From positions 32,001-96,000 of the IMG/VR virus record IMGVR_UViG_3300034684_000299: a stretch of 64,000 bases of DNA. One strand, 5' to 3'. The DNA is from a virus. Positions 30,386-40,270 of the stretch are shown here, piece by piece; within the stretch, counting starts at the first letter, position 1; the number at the start of each line of letters is the position of its first letter. The position numbers were made by a program, and so were the translations under genes. The notes under the pieces were generated by a model, which was given only the letters and a program-made list of their open reading frames with translations, was not told the origin of the DNA and ran no database searches.

Positions 30386-30421
30386 AAAAAAAAAACGGGA
30401 GATTATCTCTCCCCTTTTTTT
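30386..30421 (-). terminator. Intrinsic terminator of the virion/lysis operon
   Basis: Minus strand gggaga/tctccc stem followed by a T10 run. Confidence 0.75.
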
Positions 30422-30697
30422 TTACATCTTAATTTCAAATCCAGCAAATATTTCTGCTTTTTTCTCTTCAAAAGGTTTTCTTACTCCACCACCAACACTT
30501 AAATTATCGTTCTTATCTAGCGGGACAAACAACCCAGCACCAATAGATTTGTTTGTCAATATTGCATCTGCATTTATCCTAAATCCACCTTCTTTGCCAG
30601 GGTCCAAGGTATACGCTGTCCAAGATACCCCTTCTTCTACCCCGCCTTTTGAATCTAGGACTTTGGTTTGCCGAATTGTTTGTCCAGTATAAAAACC
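30422..30697 (-). CDS. Beta-strand-rich reading frame, probably a -1 frameshift extension of the holin
   Basis: Open from just before G GTT TTT (30697-30691) to TAA 30424-30422; the internal TTG 30607 lacks a properly spaced SD. Confidence 0.5.
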   Translation of the reverse strand, partial: GFYTGQTIRQTKVLDSKGGVEEGVSWTAYTLDPGKEGGFRINADAILTNKSIGAGLFVPLDKNDNLSVGGGVRKPFEEKKAEIFAGFEIKM

Positions 30698-30990
30698 GCT
30701 GCTTCAATCGCCGCATTAAGTAATGTAGCATCAGTTTCTCCTACCGTTATTCCATGATTTTTTAAAATATCTGTCGCCATAGCCATCGCTTTTTCTTTCT
30801 TCTGCTCGCTTGTTAATTGTTCAGTTTCGCCTATTTGTTCTACCGCCAATACTACGTCTTGTGCTACTGTTTTTACAATATCTGATAAATCCATGAGCTT
30901 CTTTTTTTTGTCATTTGGAATCTTTGTACCAAGATATACTGCTGCTATTGCAATTAAAAATACTACTATATACATCACTATCTCACCCAT
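30655..30990 (-). CDS. Holin (LL-H-like)
   Basis: Single N-terminal TM helix, then AVEQ...KKEKA...AIEAAV. Confidence 0.7.
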   Translation of the reverse strand: MGEIVMYIVVFLIAIAAVYLGTKIPNDKKKKLMDLSDIVKTVAQDVVLAVEQIGETEQLTSEQKKEKAMAMATDILKNHGITVGETDATLLNAAIEAAVFILDKQFGKPKS

Positions 30991-30993
30991 TTT

Positions 30994-31479
30994 TTATTCC
31001 TCCTCTTTCAGTAATTTTATTTTTTCAAACCTTGATTCTTCTTCAAAAAAATCTTTTTCTAACATCATTTCTTCTTCAGTTTCTTCTTTAATTTCTTCTT
31101 TAGATTCTTCAGATTCTTCTTCTTTAACTTCTTCTAACTCTGTTACTGGTTTTTCTTTTTTGGATTCAGAATCTTTAGAATTTGTTTTCTCTTCAACTTT
31201 TTTCTCATAATATTCTAAAAATATTACTATTCCTACATTTGATGTGAATATTTTTTTATCTATAATTATATATTTATCGCCATCATTACTATGATTCATG
31301 ATATTTTCATATGTTTCTTTTTGTCTAGTATCAGAAATTATAAATTCATCACATTTGTAAATATAATTAGAATAAAAATCATTTGTGATATCATCAAAAT
31401 CATTTACTATCCGTGACATGGCAACTGCGGCTGGATCTTTTTCCATTTTAGACTGTTCCTTTTTTTTTACTGTATCCAT
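30994..31479 (-). CDS. Hypothetical protein with Glu-rich C-terminus
   Basis: ORF track; SD AAGGAGG. Confidence 0.65.
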   Translation of the reverse strand: MDTVKKKEQSKMEKDPAAVAMSRIVNDFDDITNDFYSNYIYKCDEFIISDTRQKETYENIMNHSNDGDKYIIIDKKIFTSNVGIVIFLEYYEKKVEEKTNSKDSESKKEKPVTELEEVKEEESEESKEEIKEETEEEMMLEKDFFEEESRFEKIKLLKEEE

Positions 31480-31491
31480 TTTTACTCCTCC

Positions 31492-33318
31492 TTACATTGG
31501 GCTTGCTTCAGTATTTGGTGGTTTTACTTCATTCATCTTTCTTCTGTTTACCTGTCCACTAGCATTTGACTCCACCGATTGGTTCTCTGGTTCTTGTGGT
31601 GTCAAATTCAAAAGCTTAGATAAAATTGGATCTTTCAACAAGGTATTTTGAAGTACTAGGGCTGTATAATTGTTGGTAATTGATTTAAGCAAATCCTCTG
31701 GTATTTTATCAAATTGCCCTTTCATTATATAGTTTGCTATTTCATACAATTCAACGTCTTCTACATTAGGTTTTTCTCCACCTTGTTGTATAATTTTCTG
31801 CATTTGTACTTCACCTATAACTTGACGTAATTGTTGATAATATTGTGTCTCTATTTGCAATTTAGCCTTTGCTTCAGCTTCTTTCACCAAGTTTTCAGTT
31901 TCATGATTATAATCAAATCCAAATTCGTTAAGTAGTGTATTGTCAGATATTTTTCCCATAGAATTCATGTTCAATAACAAATCTTTTCTTATTGTATCGT
32001 CTGCCATCTTAAAATCTCTTAACTTGATTTTTATTTTTGGTAGATCTGTAAGTTTACTTATTTTTTCTGTCAAGAAATTAAAAATCTTATTCAAGCTTTC
32101 TCTATAATTTATAAAATGGTTTTCTAACATTCTCAAAGAAACACTACTTCCTGACCAAGATAACCCTCCAAACATGAATTCTCTGGGTACACCTAATCCT
32201 GCTATAATTTCATTTATAACTGAATTAATCTCTTGAAACACCATCAATGCTTTCCCTTCCCCACCTATTTTACCTTCTATTACTGGCATAGGAAAAGTTT
32301 GAATAGCATTAGGATTTTTATCCCATTGAGTAAGTGCTTGTTTCATTTGAGTTTTCCATTTTCCTAAATTTAACATTCCAGTGATTCCAGCAGGACCTTG
32401 CGTACCTATAACTACTTCTGTAGGAGGAGCTATATATCTTTTCATCATAATATGATCTTCCGCAATCGCAGTTTGAGCTCTTCTCAACATATTTAAATAA
32501 AATACTTGATTCAATATAGGTTGCATAGGAGGTAATCCCCACCCTGGATACTTTAAAGATACACTAGGATATTTTGTATGTAATACATTTTTTGTTGTTA
32601 GTTTTAATTCACTGTAATTTTGAATAATAGCATCTAACATCCATTTAGGAGTATGTTTCAAAAAGTCTATTTCTCTTTTGATACTTTCTTTATCGCTCTT
32701 TTCTATTTTATAATAATATACTCTTTCGTCTGTAAAAGTGTTATATGCTATACGAATATTTATTGGATTCCAAAAAATCATTTTAAATCCGCTTATATCC
32801 TTTATAGCTTGTTGATGTATCTCAGCCGGAACCTTTCTATTATATTTTTCTGATATTATCCATAACTGTTGATCCCTTATTTCCCAGTTTGGAACTTCAC
32901 GATTGTTCCCTTTTTGTTTAATGTATTTCAAATTCAATATATCATTGTTATCATCTTTATTCAAAAATATGTTTCTGAAAGGTGGTAAAATTGTAGTAAA
33001 AACATTCCCATATACATTATAATATAAACCATATTCTATTAGCTTTTCTTTGACACCCATTTCTTCAAATATTTCTTTATACTTCTCTTTTACCCTTTCA
33101 TCTTTTGTTTCAAATTGTAATTCAGTGATTGGATATTCAGACATCTTGTATACTATAGCTGATATTATATGATTAGTCATATAATAATATTGCGACATCT
33201 TCAATAACTCAGAGATGTCGTCAGGTACGTAAAAATTTAAAGGATCAAATATTTTTCTATATCTGTCTCTTAAATAATTATAATTATAAGTTAATGGAAT
33301 ACTGTTGATTGCTGGCAT
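31492..33318 (-). CDS. Portal protein
   Basis: ISAIVYKMSEYP, YNVYGNVF, WGLPPM, IAGLGVPREF, consistent with the portal stem/clip pattern; 608 aa. Confidence 0.75.
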   Translation of the reverse strand: MPAINSIPLTYNYNYLRDRYRKIFDPLNFYVPDDISELLKMSQYYYMTNHIISAIVYKMSEYPITELQFETKDERVKEKYKEIFEEMGVKEKLIEYGLYYNVYGNVFTTILPPFRNIFLNKDDNNDILNLKYIKQKGNNREVPNWEIRDQQLWIISEKYNRKVPAEIHQQAIKDISGFKMIFWNPINIRIAYNTFTDERVYYYKIEKSDKESIKREIDFLKHTPKWMLDAIIQNYSELKLTTKNVLHTKYPSVSLKYPGWGLPPMQPILNQVFYLNMLRRAQTAIAEDHIMMKRYIAPPTEVVIGTQGPAGITGMLNLGKWKTQMKQALTQWDKNPNAIQTFPMPVIEGKIGGEGKALMVFQEINSVINEIIAGLGVPREFMFGGLSWSGSSVSLRMLENHFINYRESLNKIFNFLTEKISKLTDLPKIKIKLRDFKMADDTIRKDLLLNMNSMGKISDNTLLNEFGFDYNHETENLVKEAEAKAKLQIETQYYQQLRQVIGEVQMQKIIQQGGEKPNVEDVELYEIANYIMKGQFDKIPEDLLKSITNNYTALVLQNTLLKDPILSKLLNLTPQEPENQSVESNASGQVNRRKMNEVKPPNTEASPM

Positions 33319-33331
33319 AAAAAACCCCTTT

Positions 33332-33976
33332 CTAGAGCCAAGTATCTTCTATAGAAAAATTAATGAATTGTTCCAAAGCCTTATCCAGAATATATCTTTT
33401 CTTTAATTGTATTTCATCGAATTCTTCAAATCCGCCATTGTTCAATACTTCTACTATATCTTGTCTACCTTTGATTTTTTCATATAAATCATCAAGCCTT
33501 TTATTTACGTTTGGTATCTCTATTTCAAAATGTTTTAACAATGGATGAGAAGTAACCAGTCCAAATTGTTTAGTCCAAGTCTGCACAATATATTTTTTTA
33601 CCTCTTCACTAAACTTTCCATCTGGTCTATGTTCTTTCAAAAGATGTAAAGTAATTATTAATTCAATATCTTCTATTGGTGATAAGATCCAAGCTTCACC
33701 AAGTCCATCTACTATAAAATTTGCTACATTATGAAAAACTTGCCATTGAGTAAATACTTGGTCTGAAGTCAATAGAGTCTTATATGCATTCAATTTATTT
33801 TTTAAACTTTCAGACATTCTAACTCCTAAATATTTAGCAATATAATATTCCAATGTCTCGACGGAATTATTTATAGTAATATCTATTCCTTTTGTCTTCA
33901 AAAATCTTTTCAAAACAGCAAAGATTTTCTCCAGATTTATAGAATTGGGCTCAGTAATCAATGATAAATTTGACAT
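33332..33976 (-). CDS. Hypothetical virion-module protein
   Basis: ORF track; in the structural operon. Confidence 0.55.
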   Translation of the reverse strand: MSNLSLITEPNSINLEKIFAVLKRFLKTKGIDITINNSVETLEYYIAKYLGVRMSESLKNKLNAYKTLLTSDQVFTQWQVFHNVANFIVDGLGEAWILSPIEDIELIITLHLLKEHRPDGKFSEEVKKYIVQTWTKQFGLVTSHPLLKHFEIEIPNVNKRLDDLYEKIKGRQDIVEVLNNGGFEEFDEIQLKKRYILDKALEQFINFSIEDTWL

Positions 33977-33980
33977 TGAA

Positions 33981-35057
33981 TTAGACTTCCTTTATCTTAT
34001 CTAAAATAAATTGTTGAATTTCGAATGGCAAATCAGGCCATACTATTTCTGGATTTTCTAACAAAGCTTCCACAGTATCTTTATCTAATATACCTTGTAA
34101 TTCATTTGCAACAGAATATAATTCTGTCAATGTAGGCATTATTAATGCATCTTTTTCATATTGATCCATCCAACTATTCATAACTTCTTCAGGAGTCCCA
34201 ATAATTGGATAATACTTATCTAAAGACGCAAGTTTATCCAATTGTCTTAACCTTTCAGTAAATTGTTGCGGTGTATAATAACTTGATATTTTATATAATT
34301 TTTTATATCCTTCTTTAATACTAGCTTCTTTTGTCATGTTAGCTCTTTTTTCTATAATTTCATGTAAGTTTTCAGGATAATATTTTACTTCCGCATACTT
34401 TTTTAATGGATTATCGTCCGATATTTCTATATTGTATTGCTTAGCTTTCGTTATAATATTCTTTGCTAATTTTGACCTTTGATCAGCCGGCATATCTTGG
34501 TAAACTTTACCATACATTTTTATCGCAGCTCTAACATGATTTTCGTCGGGCATAGGGAATTTTCTTATCTTTTTCCCATCTTGATTAATAACCAATCCAA
34601 AAGCTGAATCCGGTAAAGATTCTCTTTCTTGATAACTCAGTTTTGATGCGGTTTTCTTCATTAAAAAATCTCTTTGTGCCGGTACTTGTTCTTCTGTAAA
34701 ATAAATAACAGGATATTCTGGATTGTAATCTTTAGCCATGTTGGCATATTTTTGTATACTGTTAGATATAGATACCCCATATTTTTCTCCTGCATATGCT
34801 AGACGCTTAGCAACTTTATTTATGCAGGTAATAGGTAATTTTTCTGCAGTCTTTTTAAAATATTCTAAAGAGACTTTTGTATTTTCCTCAGAATCTATTG
34901 GATATTTTGGATATGAATTAAATTTATTATCTTTAATGATAATAGCATGATTGAACGCAGAAGGTCGTGACATTGAAGCGTACTTTTTAAATTCTTCCCC
35001 AATTTTTTCAAAACCATCATCAAACTGATCGTACACTTCTCCAATTAAGGTAAACAT
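33981..35057 (-). CDS. Head-associated protein with two DUF6582-like repeats and K-x-A motifs
   Basis: PSAFNH...PKYPIDSEEN and LPDSAFG...RKFPMPDENHVRAA; FKKYAS, MKKTAS, LKKYAE, MTKEAS, LDKLAS. Confidence 0.5.
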   Translation of the reverse strand: MFTLIGEVYDQFDDGFEKIGEEFKKYASMSRPSAFNHAIIIKDNKFNSYPKYPIDSEENTKVSLEYFKKTAEKLPITCINKVAKRLAYAGEKYGVSISNSIQKYANMAKDYNPEYPVIYFTEEQVPAQRDFLMKKTASKLSYQERESLPDSAFGLVINQDGKKIRKFPMPDENHVRAAIKMYGKVYQDMPADQRSKLAKNIITKAKQYNIEISDDNPLKKYAEVKYYPENLHEIIEKRANMTKEASIKEGYKKLYKISSYYTPQQFTERLRQLDKLASLDKYYPIIGTPEEVMNSWMDQYEKDALIMPTLTELYSVANELQGILDKDTVEALLENPEIVWPDLPFEIQQFILDKIKEV

Positions 35058-35062
35058 TTAAA

Positions 35063-35734
35063 TCACCTCGCAGCTTCTTCATCAAAAGTAACAGGTTCAA
35101 TTCTTGAGAACACAAATTGCATGTTTTCTGCTATCATAACTGTATTAGCTGATACACTTAGAGAATAAGCGTTAAGTACACAATTTTTCAATTCAATTAT
35201 TCTATCTGGATATTCTATAGAATTGTATCCACCTATATTTTCAGCACCAGTCGCAGTATCGCCACTAATGTTCGTATCTAATGAAGTACCTTTTTTATAC
35301 ATCGCAATTAATAAAGATACTGGGTCTTCAAATATCTCGTGTAATATGCTAAATACAACTCTTCTTTTTTGTACAGGATAATTAAAATAGTAATCTTGAT
35401 TGTCTTTTACAAAATTAAAATATTTTAATAAATTGCCTGTATTCACTAACAATTTAGATATACCTAATGTACCATCTACACCGTTTTCAGCAAAATCTGA
35501 TACATTAGAACCTAACTCAAAGAATCTTTGCATTTGTTTCGTTTGATTCATGGTTAAATTTTGGACTTTACCTATTGGTAAAAGATCGGTTGCATCACTA
35601 AAATTGTTAACTATCTTGAAAGCATTCAAATCCTGTTTAATTGGCAACATGAACAATATATGATTACTTTTTACAAAGTCATTTGCAGTATACTGGTTAT
35701 CGTTGACTAATTGAGTTTTTGGGTCCCAAGCCAT
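35063..35734 (-). CDS. Tail tube protein, paralog 2
   Basis: PIGKVQNLTMNQTKQMQRFFELGS, GTLGISKL, ELKNCVLNAYSLSV...IAENMQF. Confidence 0.7.
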   Translation of the reverse strand: MAWDPKTQLVNDNQYTANDFVKSNHILFMLPIKQDLNAFKIVNNFSDATDLLPIGKVQNLTMNQTKQMQRFFELGSNVSDFAENGVDGTLGISKLLVNTGNLLKYFNFVKDNQDYYFNYPVQKRRVVFSILHEIFEDPVSLLIAMYKKGTSLDTNISGDTATGAENIGGYNSIEYPDRIIELKNCVLNAYSLSVSANTVMIAENMQFVFSRIEPVTFDEEAAR

Positions 35735-35749
35735 TCATTATTCCCCCCT

Positions 35750-36295
35750 TCAGGCTATATCTTCTATTTTTGTAAATAAAAAAGTAGCCGATTCTATTAC
35801 AACTGGTTGTCCAGCAGATACATTGAGACTTTTATCCTGTATTTTCGCCTTTTCTATTCTTGATTTACCTACTATTGAAGCACTGAATCCAGTTATATCG
35901 TTTAATAAATCTGCTTCTTTTGGATCAAAAGCAACGAGAATAAAGTTAGTAGTTTTTCCAAAAGTTTGTAAAAGATCCATCTCTAATTTAGATACGTCGT
36001 TATGTGTAGCAGCTATAATGCCTTCATTAAAAACGAGTACTTTATTTAGACTTATACTACCTTGAAAAGGACCTGGCAAATATATTGGTACCAAACTTCC
36101 AATTTCCTTTATAGGTTGCGTCATTCTATATTCTTGCAATGTAATATCTTGCAAAAGTCCCATTGGTATATATTCAACAGAACCATTGATAACTGATTCT
36201 CTATACAATGCAAATCTATAAGAGGCTAATAATTCCGAATCATTAGTTGAAATCATCTTTTCAACTTCTTGATCTAAATTCCATTCAGTTGCCAT
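35750..36295 (-). CDS. Tail tube protein, paralog 1 (start moved from 36331)
   Basis: PMGLLQDITLQEYRMTQPIKEIGS, GSISLNKV; SD AAGGGGGG before ATG 36295; follows the sheath. Confidence 0.7.
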   Translation of the reverse strand: MATEWNLDQEVEKMISTNDSELLASYRFALYRESVINGSVEYIPMGLLQDITLQEYRMTQPIKEIGSLVPIYLPGPFQGSISLNKVLVFNEGIIAATHNDVSKLEMDLLQTFGKTTNFILVAFDPKEADLLNDITGFSASIVGKSRIEKAKIQDKSLNVSAGQPVVIESATFLFTKIEDIA

Positions 36296-36331
36296 ATTTT
36301 GTTTTCCCCCCTTATCAATAAAAATGGGCAA

Positions 36332-36352
36332 AAGGGGATATTAATCCCCCGT
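36332..36352 (-). terminator. Hairpin/terminator between sheath and tube genes
   Basis: ggggat-taat-atcccc followed by TTTT. Confidence 0.5.
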
Positions 36353-36355
36353 TTT

Positions 36356-38350
36356 TTATCTGGTTCTAACTTTAAGAGTTATAATTCCACCTTTCATAGG
36401 TAATTCTGGGAAGTAATTAATTGTTAAATTAATATACTTTGGATTTTCCGGGTCTGCTCCATATTCACTTACTGTAACATCGTTTCCTATTAACCCCATA
36501 TTAGCATGTTCTTTCAACCTTGCATTCACTATATCAACTATCAACCTTATAGAACTCATTGTAAGTTGTTGCGTATTTTTAAGTTTGTTTTGTACTACAT
36601 TGTTTATATCTTTAGCCGACCAATCAACAGAACTTACAACTGAATGTTCACTACCTTTAGAATCCAACGTATCAGTAGTAACTTGATCGACTAATGTTGG
36701 AGCCCCTTCTACACCTTGCTCTAATACCATTAACCCTGCAGAAGAAAGAGTTTCTATTTGTAATTCATTAAAATAAAGTCTATTATCTAATGGATAATAA
36801 ATACCAATAATTTCAGGCAAAGATTGATACGTTAACTGATAATGAGGTGTAGATTCATTCATGTACTTTGTAGTTAACGCCATAACAGCACATGCACCAT
36901 AAATCCCAGGAACTGGATAATTTATTCCTTTATAATTAACTTTCAAAACTGGGTTGAATATTATATCTATTCTTTTTTCATTTATACTATCCATCTTTGA
37001 TATAATATCTTCAACAATAGCTTGTTTATCGTTTAGAGCAAAGTTGGTCGACGCATCATTGAACCCGTTGAAACCTAATGCAAATTTGACATAATCCAAT
37101 TTGCTTTCTCTTTCTTTGATATAAGCATTTATTTGAGGAAGTATTGAAAATCCTGATAAAACAGTATATGCGTATACTCCTCGTTCTCCCATATAATTTA
37201 GTTTATCTTGTATATCAACCATATCGTTAAGGTCAAATATAGAATCAAAATCGTTAGAACTAGAAGTTGACGCTATAGCATAAACGCCTTGACCGGAACC
37301 AGAAATATGTAAATAACAACCGTACGCAATTGGATTCAATGGATGTATAACGCCAAATTTAGTTTCAATATCTCCTATATTTTGTATATATTGTAAAGAA
37401 GAATAAATTGGATTATCTATGTTATATTCAACAGTTAATGTTTTATCCGTCATGTCGTATGTTGGATTTATATAAATTAATCCTTTCATTGGATCTACCC
37501 AATATTCCGGGTCCACAAAACCTGAATCAGAAAAATCTCTATCTTGTAAAAAATCTGGATAATAAACAAATTCTTCTTCCATTGGTGTTGCTGGCGTGGT
37601 TGAAGTATCCAACCAAGTTGCTTTTACTGTTAAATAAGATGTTGGATTGGTTTCAGAAAATTTTATAGGGTTGTCTCTCAACTCGAAAACAGTTTGATTT
37701 AAACTCATCGTTTGTGTAACCAAAGAGAAAGATTGTGAAGCACCTAAAGTTACTTTTTTCTGAGCCTTGTATTCTACAAGAATTGCAAAGCTTGAATTAG
37801 AATTACCTGTTCCATCTATTAGTATTGGTCTTGTTTCACCAGCCATGTTCACTGGAACTGGTGGTGTTCCTGCACCATCAACTAAAAATTTTGGAATAAC
37901 TATTTTATCAGCTGTTATACCACTTGGCACTGTATTACCAAAATCATCCATCCATTCATTTTCTTTAACTACCTTAGTTATATCTACATAAGATACATCT
38001 ATTTCAGGAACTTTCATAGGAGGAAATCCTCTGAAATATTCCCTTGAAAAATTTCTTATTCCTATATCAAAAGATACCGACCCTGGAATGAGATATACTT
38101 TGACAGAATTTAAATCCACTACATCGTATAATTCGTTTCTTTTTGGATAGCTAACAATAAAATTATCAACTTCTCCTGTCTTATACGTTATCCTTTGCCC
38201 CAATGAATCTACAACAAGGGCATCTTGTCCTTCTATTACAATGTTACTGGCACCAATTATTCCAGCTGGAAATCTTGGTATTTGTGTAGTTAATTGAGGT
38301 TCCAAAATATATTCTTGTTTGACTTTAAAGCCTGGTTTTCTGTATGCCAT
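36356..38350 (-). CDS. Tail sheath protein (start moved from 38380)
   Basis: MAYRKPG N-terminus; C-terminal DQVTTD...EHSVVSSVD and YFPELPMKGG sheath pattern; precedes tube genes. Confidence 0.8.
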   Translation of the reverse strand: MAYRKPGFKVKQEYILEPQLTTQIPRFPAGIIGASNIVIEGQDALVVDSLGQRITYKTGEVDNFIVSYPKRNELYDVVDLNSVKVYLIPGSVSFDIGIRNFSREYFRGFPPMKVPEIDVSYVDITKVVKENEWMDDFGNTVPSGITADKIVIPKFLVDGAGTPPVPVNMAGETRPILIDGTGNSNSSFAILVEYKAQKKVTLGASQSFSLVTQTMSLNQTVFELRDNPIKFSETNPTSYLTVKATWLDTSTTPATPMEEEFVYYPDFLQDRDFSDSGFVDPEYWVDPMKGLIYINPTYDMTDKTLTVEYNIDNPIYSSLQYIQNIGDIETKFGVIHPLNPIAYGCYLHISGSGQGVYAIASTSSSNDFDSIFDLNDMVDIQDKLNYMGERGVYAYTVLSGFSILPQINAYIKERESKLDYVKFALGFNGFNDASTNFALNDKQAIVEDIISKMDSINEKRIDIIFNPVLKVNYKGINYPVPGIYGACAVMALTTKYMNESTPHYQLTYQSLPEIIGIYYPLDNRLYFNELQIETLSSAGLMVLEQGVEGAPTLVDQVTTDTLDSKGSEHSVVSSVDWSAKDINNVVQNKLKNTQQLTMSSIRLIVDIVNARLKEHANMGLIGNDVTVSEYGADPENPKYINLTINYFPELPMKGGIITLKVRTR

Positions 38351-38445
38351 TTTATTTACCGTTATTTTATAACGGCTCACCCCTCCTTCTTAAACTTTTC
38401 TTTCATTTAATTTTATCATCTTTGATTTTGATACTTAGTAAAATA

Positions 38446-39015
38446 CTATTCCTCATCTACCAGATTAGCAATTACTTTAACCTTTTCAAAAATACTTTCA
38501 ACTAATTTGTAATCTATTTCATAATTAAATAGAACATCAGCTTGAACGGGAATATTGTATAAAATTTTAGCATTATCCTGTATTATCATTGCAGACCCTA
38601 TTCCTGCCGGTTCTACTTCATGAAAGAATCTTTCAAACGTATTTTTATACTTTTTGAGTTGCATAAAATATTGTGTTGCTAATCTATATCCTTCAGTTTC
38701 ATTTGGAGTTATAAAATTTATTATTACATTTGTAGATAATAAAAAAGTATGTAACCCTTTAGTATATAAAGTTGAACCCGTTTCATTAGGAAAAAAATTA
38801 GTAGCATCACTAATTCCAGCAACATCAACTAAAACTATCAACCGTTTATTTCCTTTGTTATTGAATTCAACAGTATTGAATGCAAATCTCAAATCATAAT
38901 CTTCTTCATCTAAACTCATCACTTCTTTTAAAAAATAATCTAAGTGATCGATGAAAACCGCTCCAATAATTTCATGAAAAGACCAGTTATATCCCTCTGC
39001 AGTCTCCGTATCCAT
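38446..39015 (-). CDS. Tail completion/terminator protein (putative)
   Basis: Position between neck and sheath genes; size. Confidence 0.45.
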   Translation of the reverse strand: MDTETAEGYNWSFHEIIGAVFIDHLDYFLKEVMSLDEEDYDLRFAFNTVEFNNKGNKRLIVLVDVAGISDATNFFPNETGSTLYTKGLHTFLLSTNVIINFITPNETEGYRLATQYFMQLKKYKNTFERFFHEVEPAGIGSAMIIQDNAKILYNIPVQADVLFNYEIDYKLVESIFEKVKVIANLVDEE

Positions 39016-39509
39016 GGTAATGCCTCCCCTAATGATTCTCTTGCTTCAGTTACTGCTTCTTCTATGCTGTTAACAACGGTATTTCTTAAATAATATCTCG
39101 GAGCTATTCCTGGATTCCACCATCCACCTTGTTCAAGAGAACGTTCAGATACATATCTTATAATAGTTGTCCCATCTTTCAATTTTATAGGTACTCGTTT
39201 GCCTCTTAAATATGTCATTTGTCGGGGACTTGTTCCTTGTTCTAAAAAGTTGAAGATTTTATTTGAAGAAATTATTCTAACACCACTAGCTTCTGGTGTT
39301 ACTTTGATTCCTTCTACAAATCTTTTAACAGCTCTATTTGATAATCTCTCATCGTTAAGTAAAGTCAACTTTATATTTTGCCTTATAGCTCTAGCAATAG
39401 CACGTGTTGATAACTGATTGATATCAGCCCACGTCAAAAGGTACGTAAGTTCGTTCCCCCGCCGTACTGTATTTAGTGTGAAACGATAGGAATCTACGTA
39501 AAATATCAT
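38940..39509 (-). CDS. Neck/head-tail joining protein (putative; start moved from 39533)
   Basis: FLEQGTSP...WWNPGIAPRYYL, reminiscent of HK97 gp10-like joining proteins. Confidence 0.5.
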   Translation of the reverse strand: MIFYVDSYRFTLNTVRRGNELTYLLTWADINQLSTRAIARAIRQNIKLTLLNDERLSNRAVKRFVEGIKVTPEASGVRIISSNKIFNFLEQGTSPRQMTYLRGKRVPIKLKDGTTIIRYVSERSLEQGGWWNPGIAPRYYLRNTVVNSIEEAVTEARESLGEALPWIRRLQRDITGLFMKLLERFSSIT

Positions 39510-40242
39510 ATCTCTCCACCACTTCTCCAACAATTGATTGGTACAATATTCTATTCAAATTGGATACAAATTTAGAACCAACTATTTTTACAACAAGATC
39601 TTGCGTATCAAAATATAAAAAATCACCTTCATAAGAAGGTATTTGTAAATCTGCTATAATAGATATACTTTGACTCGATATGATGGGTTTTTGATTAGTT
39701 CGTCTATATGGATCCATAGTATATATCCCATAGAACTCAGTACCGGGAACGTATCCTCCTACTATACCTGTACCAAAACATTTGGTACAGTTTGGATCAC
39801 CAGCTTTTTTTAGTGTGGGATTATAACATTCACAGATTTCCCCACCTCTTTTGAGCTTAAAAAGATACCCATGTACCCCCCCGCCAAGCTTCATCTTGAT
39901 ATTCAATTCTTCTCTCATTTTTTCAACAACAGGGTCTTCTTTCCAACTTATATATATCGGGTCTGTTTTGTATTCTGTATTAGTTTTAGTATCTACTAAT
40001 ACAAGTTGATATCCTATATATCTATTAAATAAATGTGAATCCTCTTTATACAAAACATCTCGATAAAATTCAACAAATTCAGGCAACTTTATTTTTTTTG
40101 TAATATTCTCAGGATTATCTAAAAATCGGTATAAGTACATATCCCATCTATTAACATCAAATACATGGGCTTTGTTGAACTTCCATACTAACATGTAACC
40201 TAATGGGTCTACATATACTTGAAAATCATCTATATATTTCAC
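39424..40242 (-). CDS. Head closure/stopper protein with Cys4 zinc motif (putative)
   Basis: CEC..C..C..FGTGIVGGY; position in neck cluster. Confidence 0.5.
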   Translation of the reverse strand: MKYIDDFQVYVDPLGYMLVWKFNKAHVFDVNRWDMYLYRFLDNPENITKKIKLPEFVEFYRDVLYKEDSHLFNRYIGYQLVLVDTKTNTEYKTDPIYISWKEDPVVEKMREELNIKMKLGGGVHGYLFKLKRGGEICECYNPTLKKAGDPNCTKCFGTGIVGGYVPGTEFYGIYTMDPYRRTNQKPIISSQSISIIADLQIPSYEGDFLYFDTQDLVVKIVGSKFVSNLNRILYQSIVGEVVERYDILRRFLSFHTKYSTAGERTYVPFDVG

Positions 40243-40270
40243 AATGAAAAAAGCCCCTTTTTATGAAACT

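Noticed and set aside
31000-31210. TTC/TCT-rich tract and overlapping Ser-rich ORF 30893..31210
   Set aside because: Reverse complement of Glu/Lys codons in 30994..31479.
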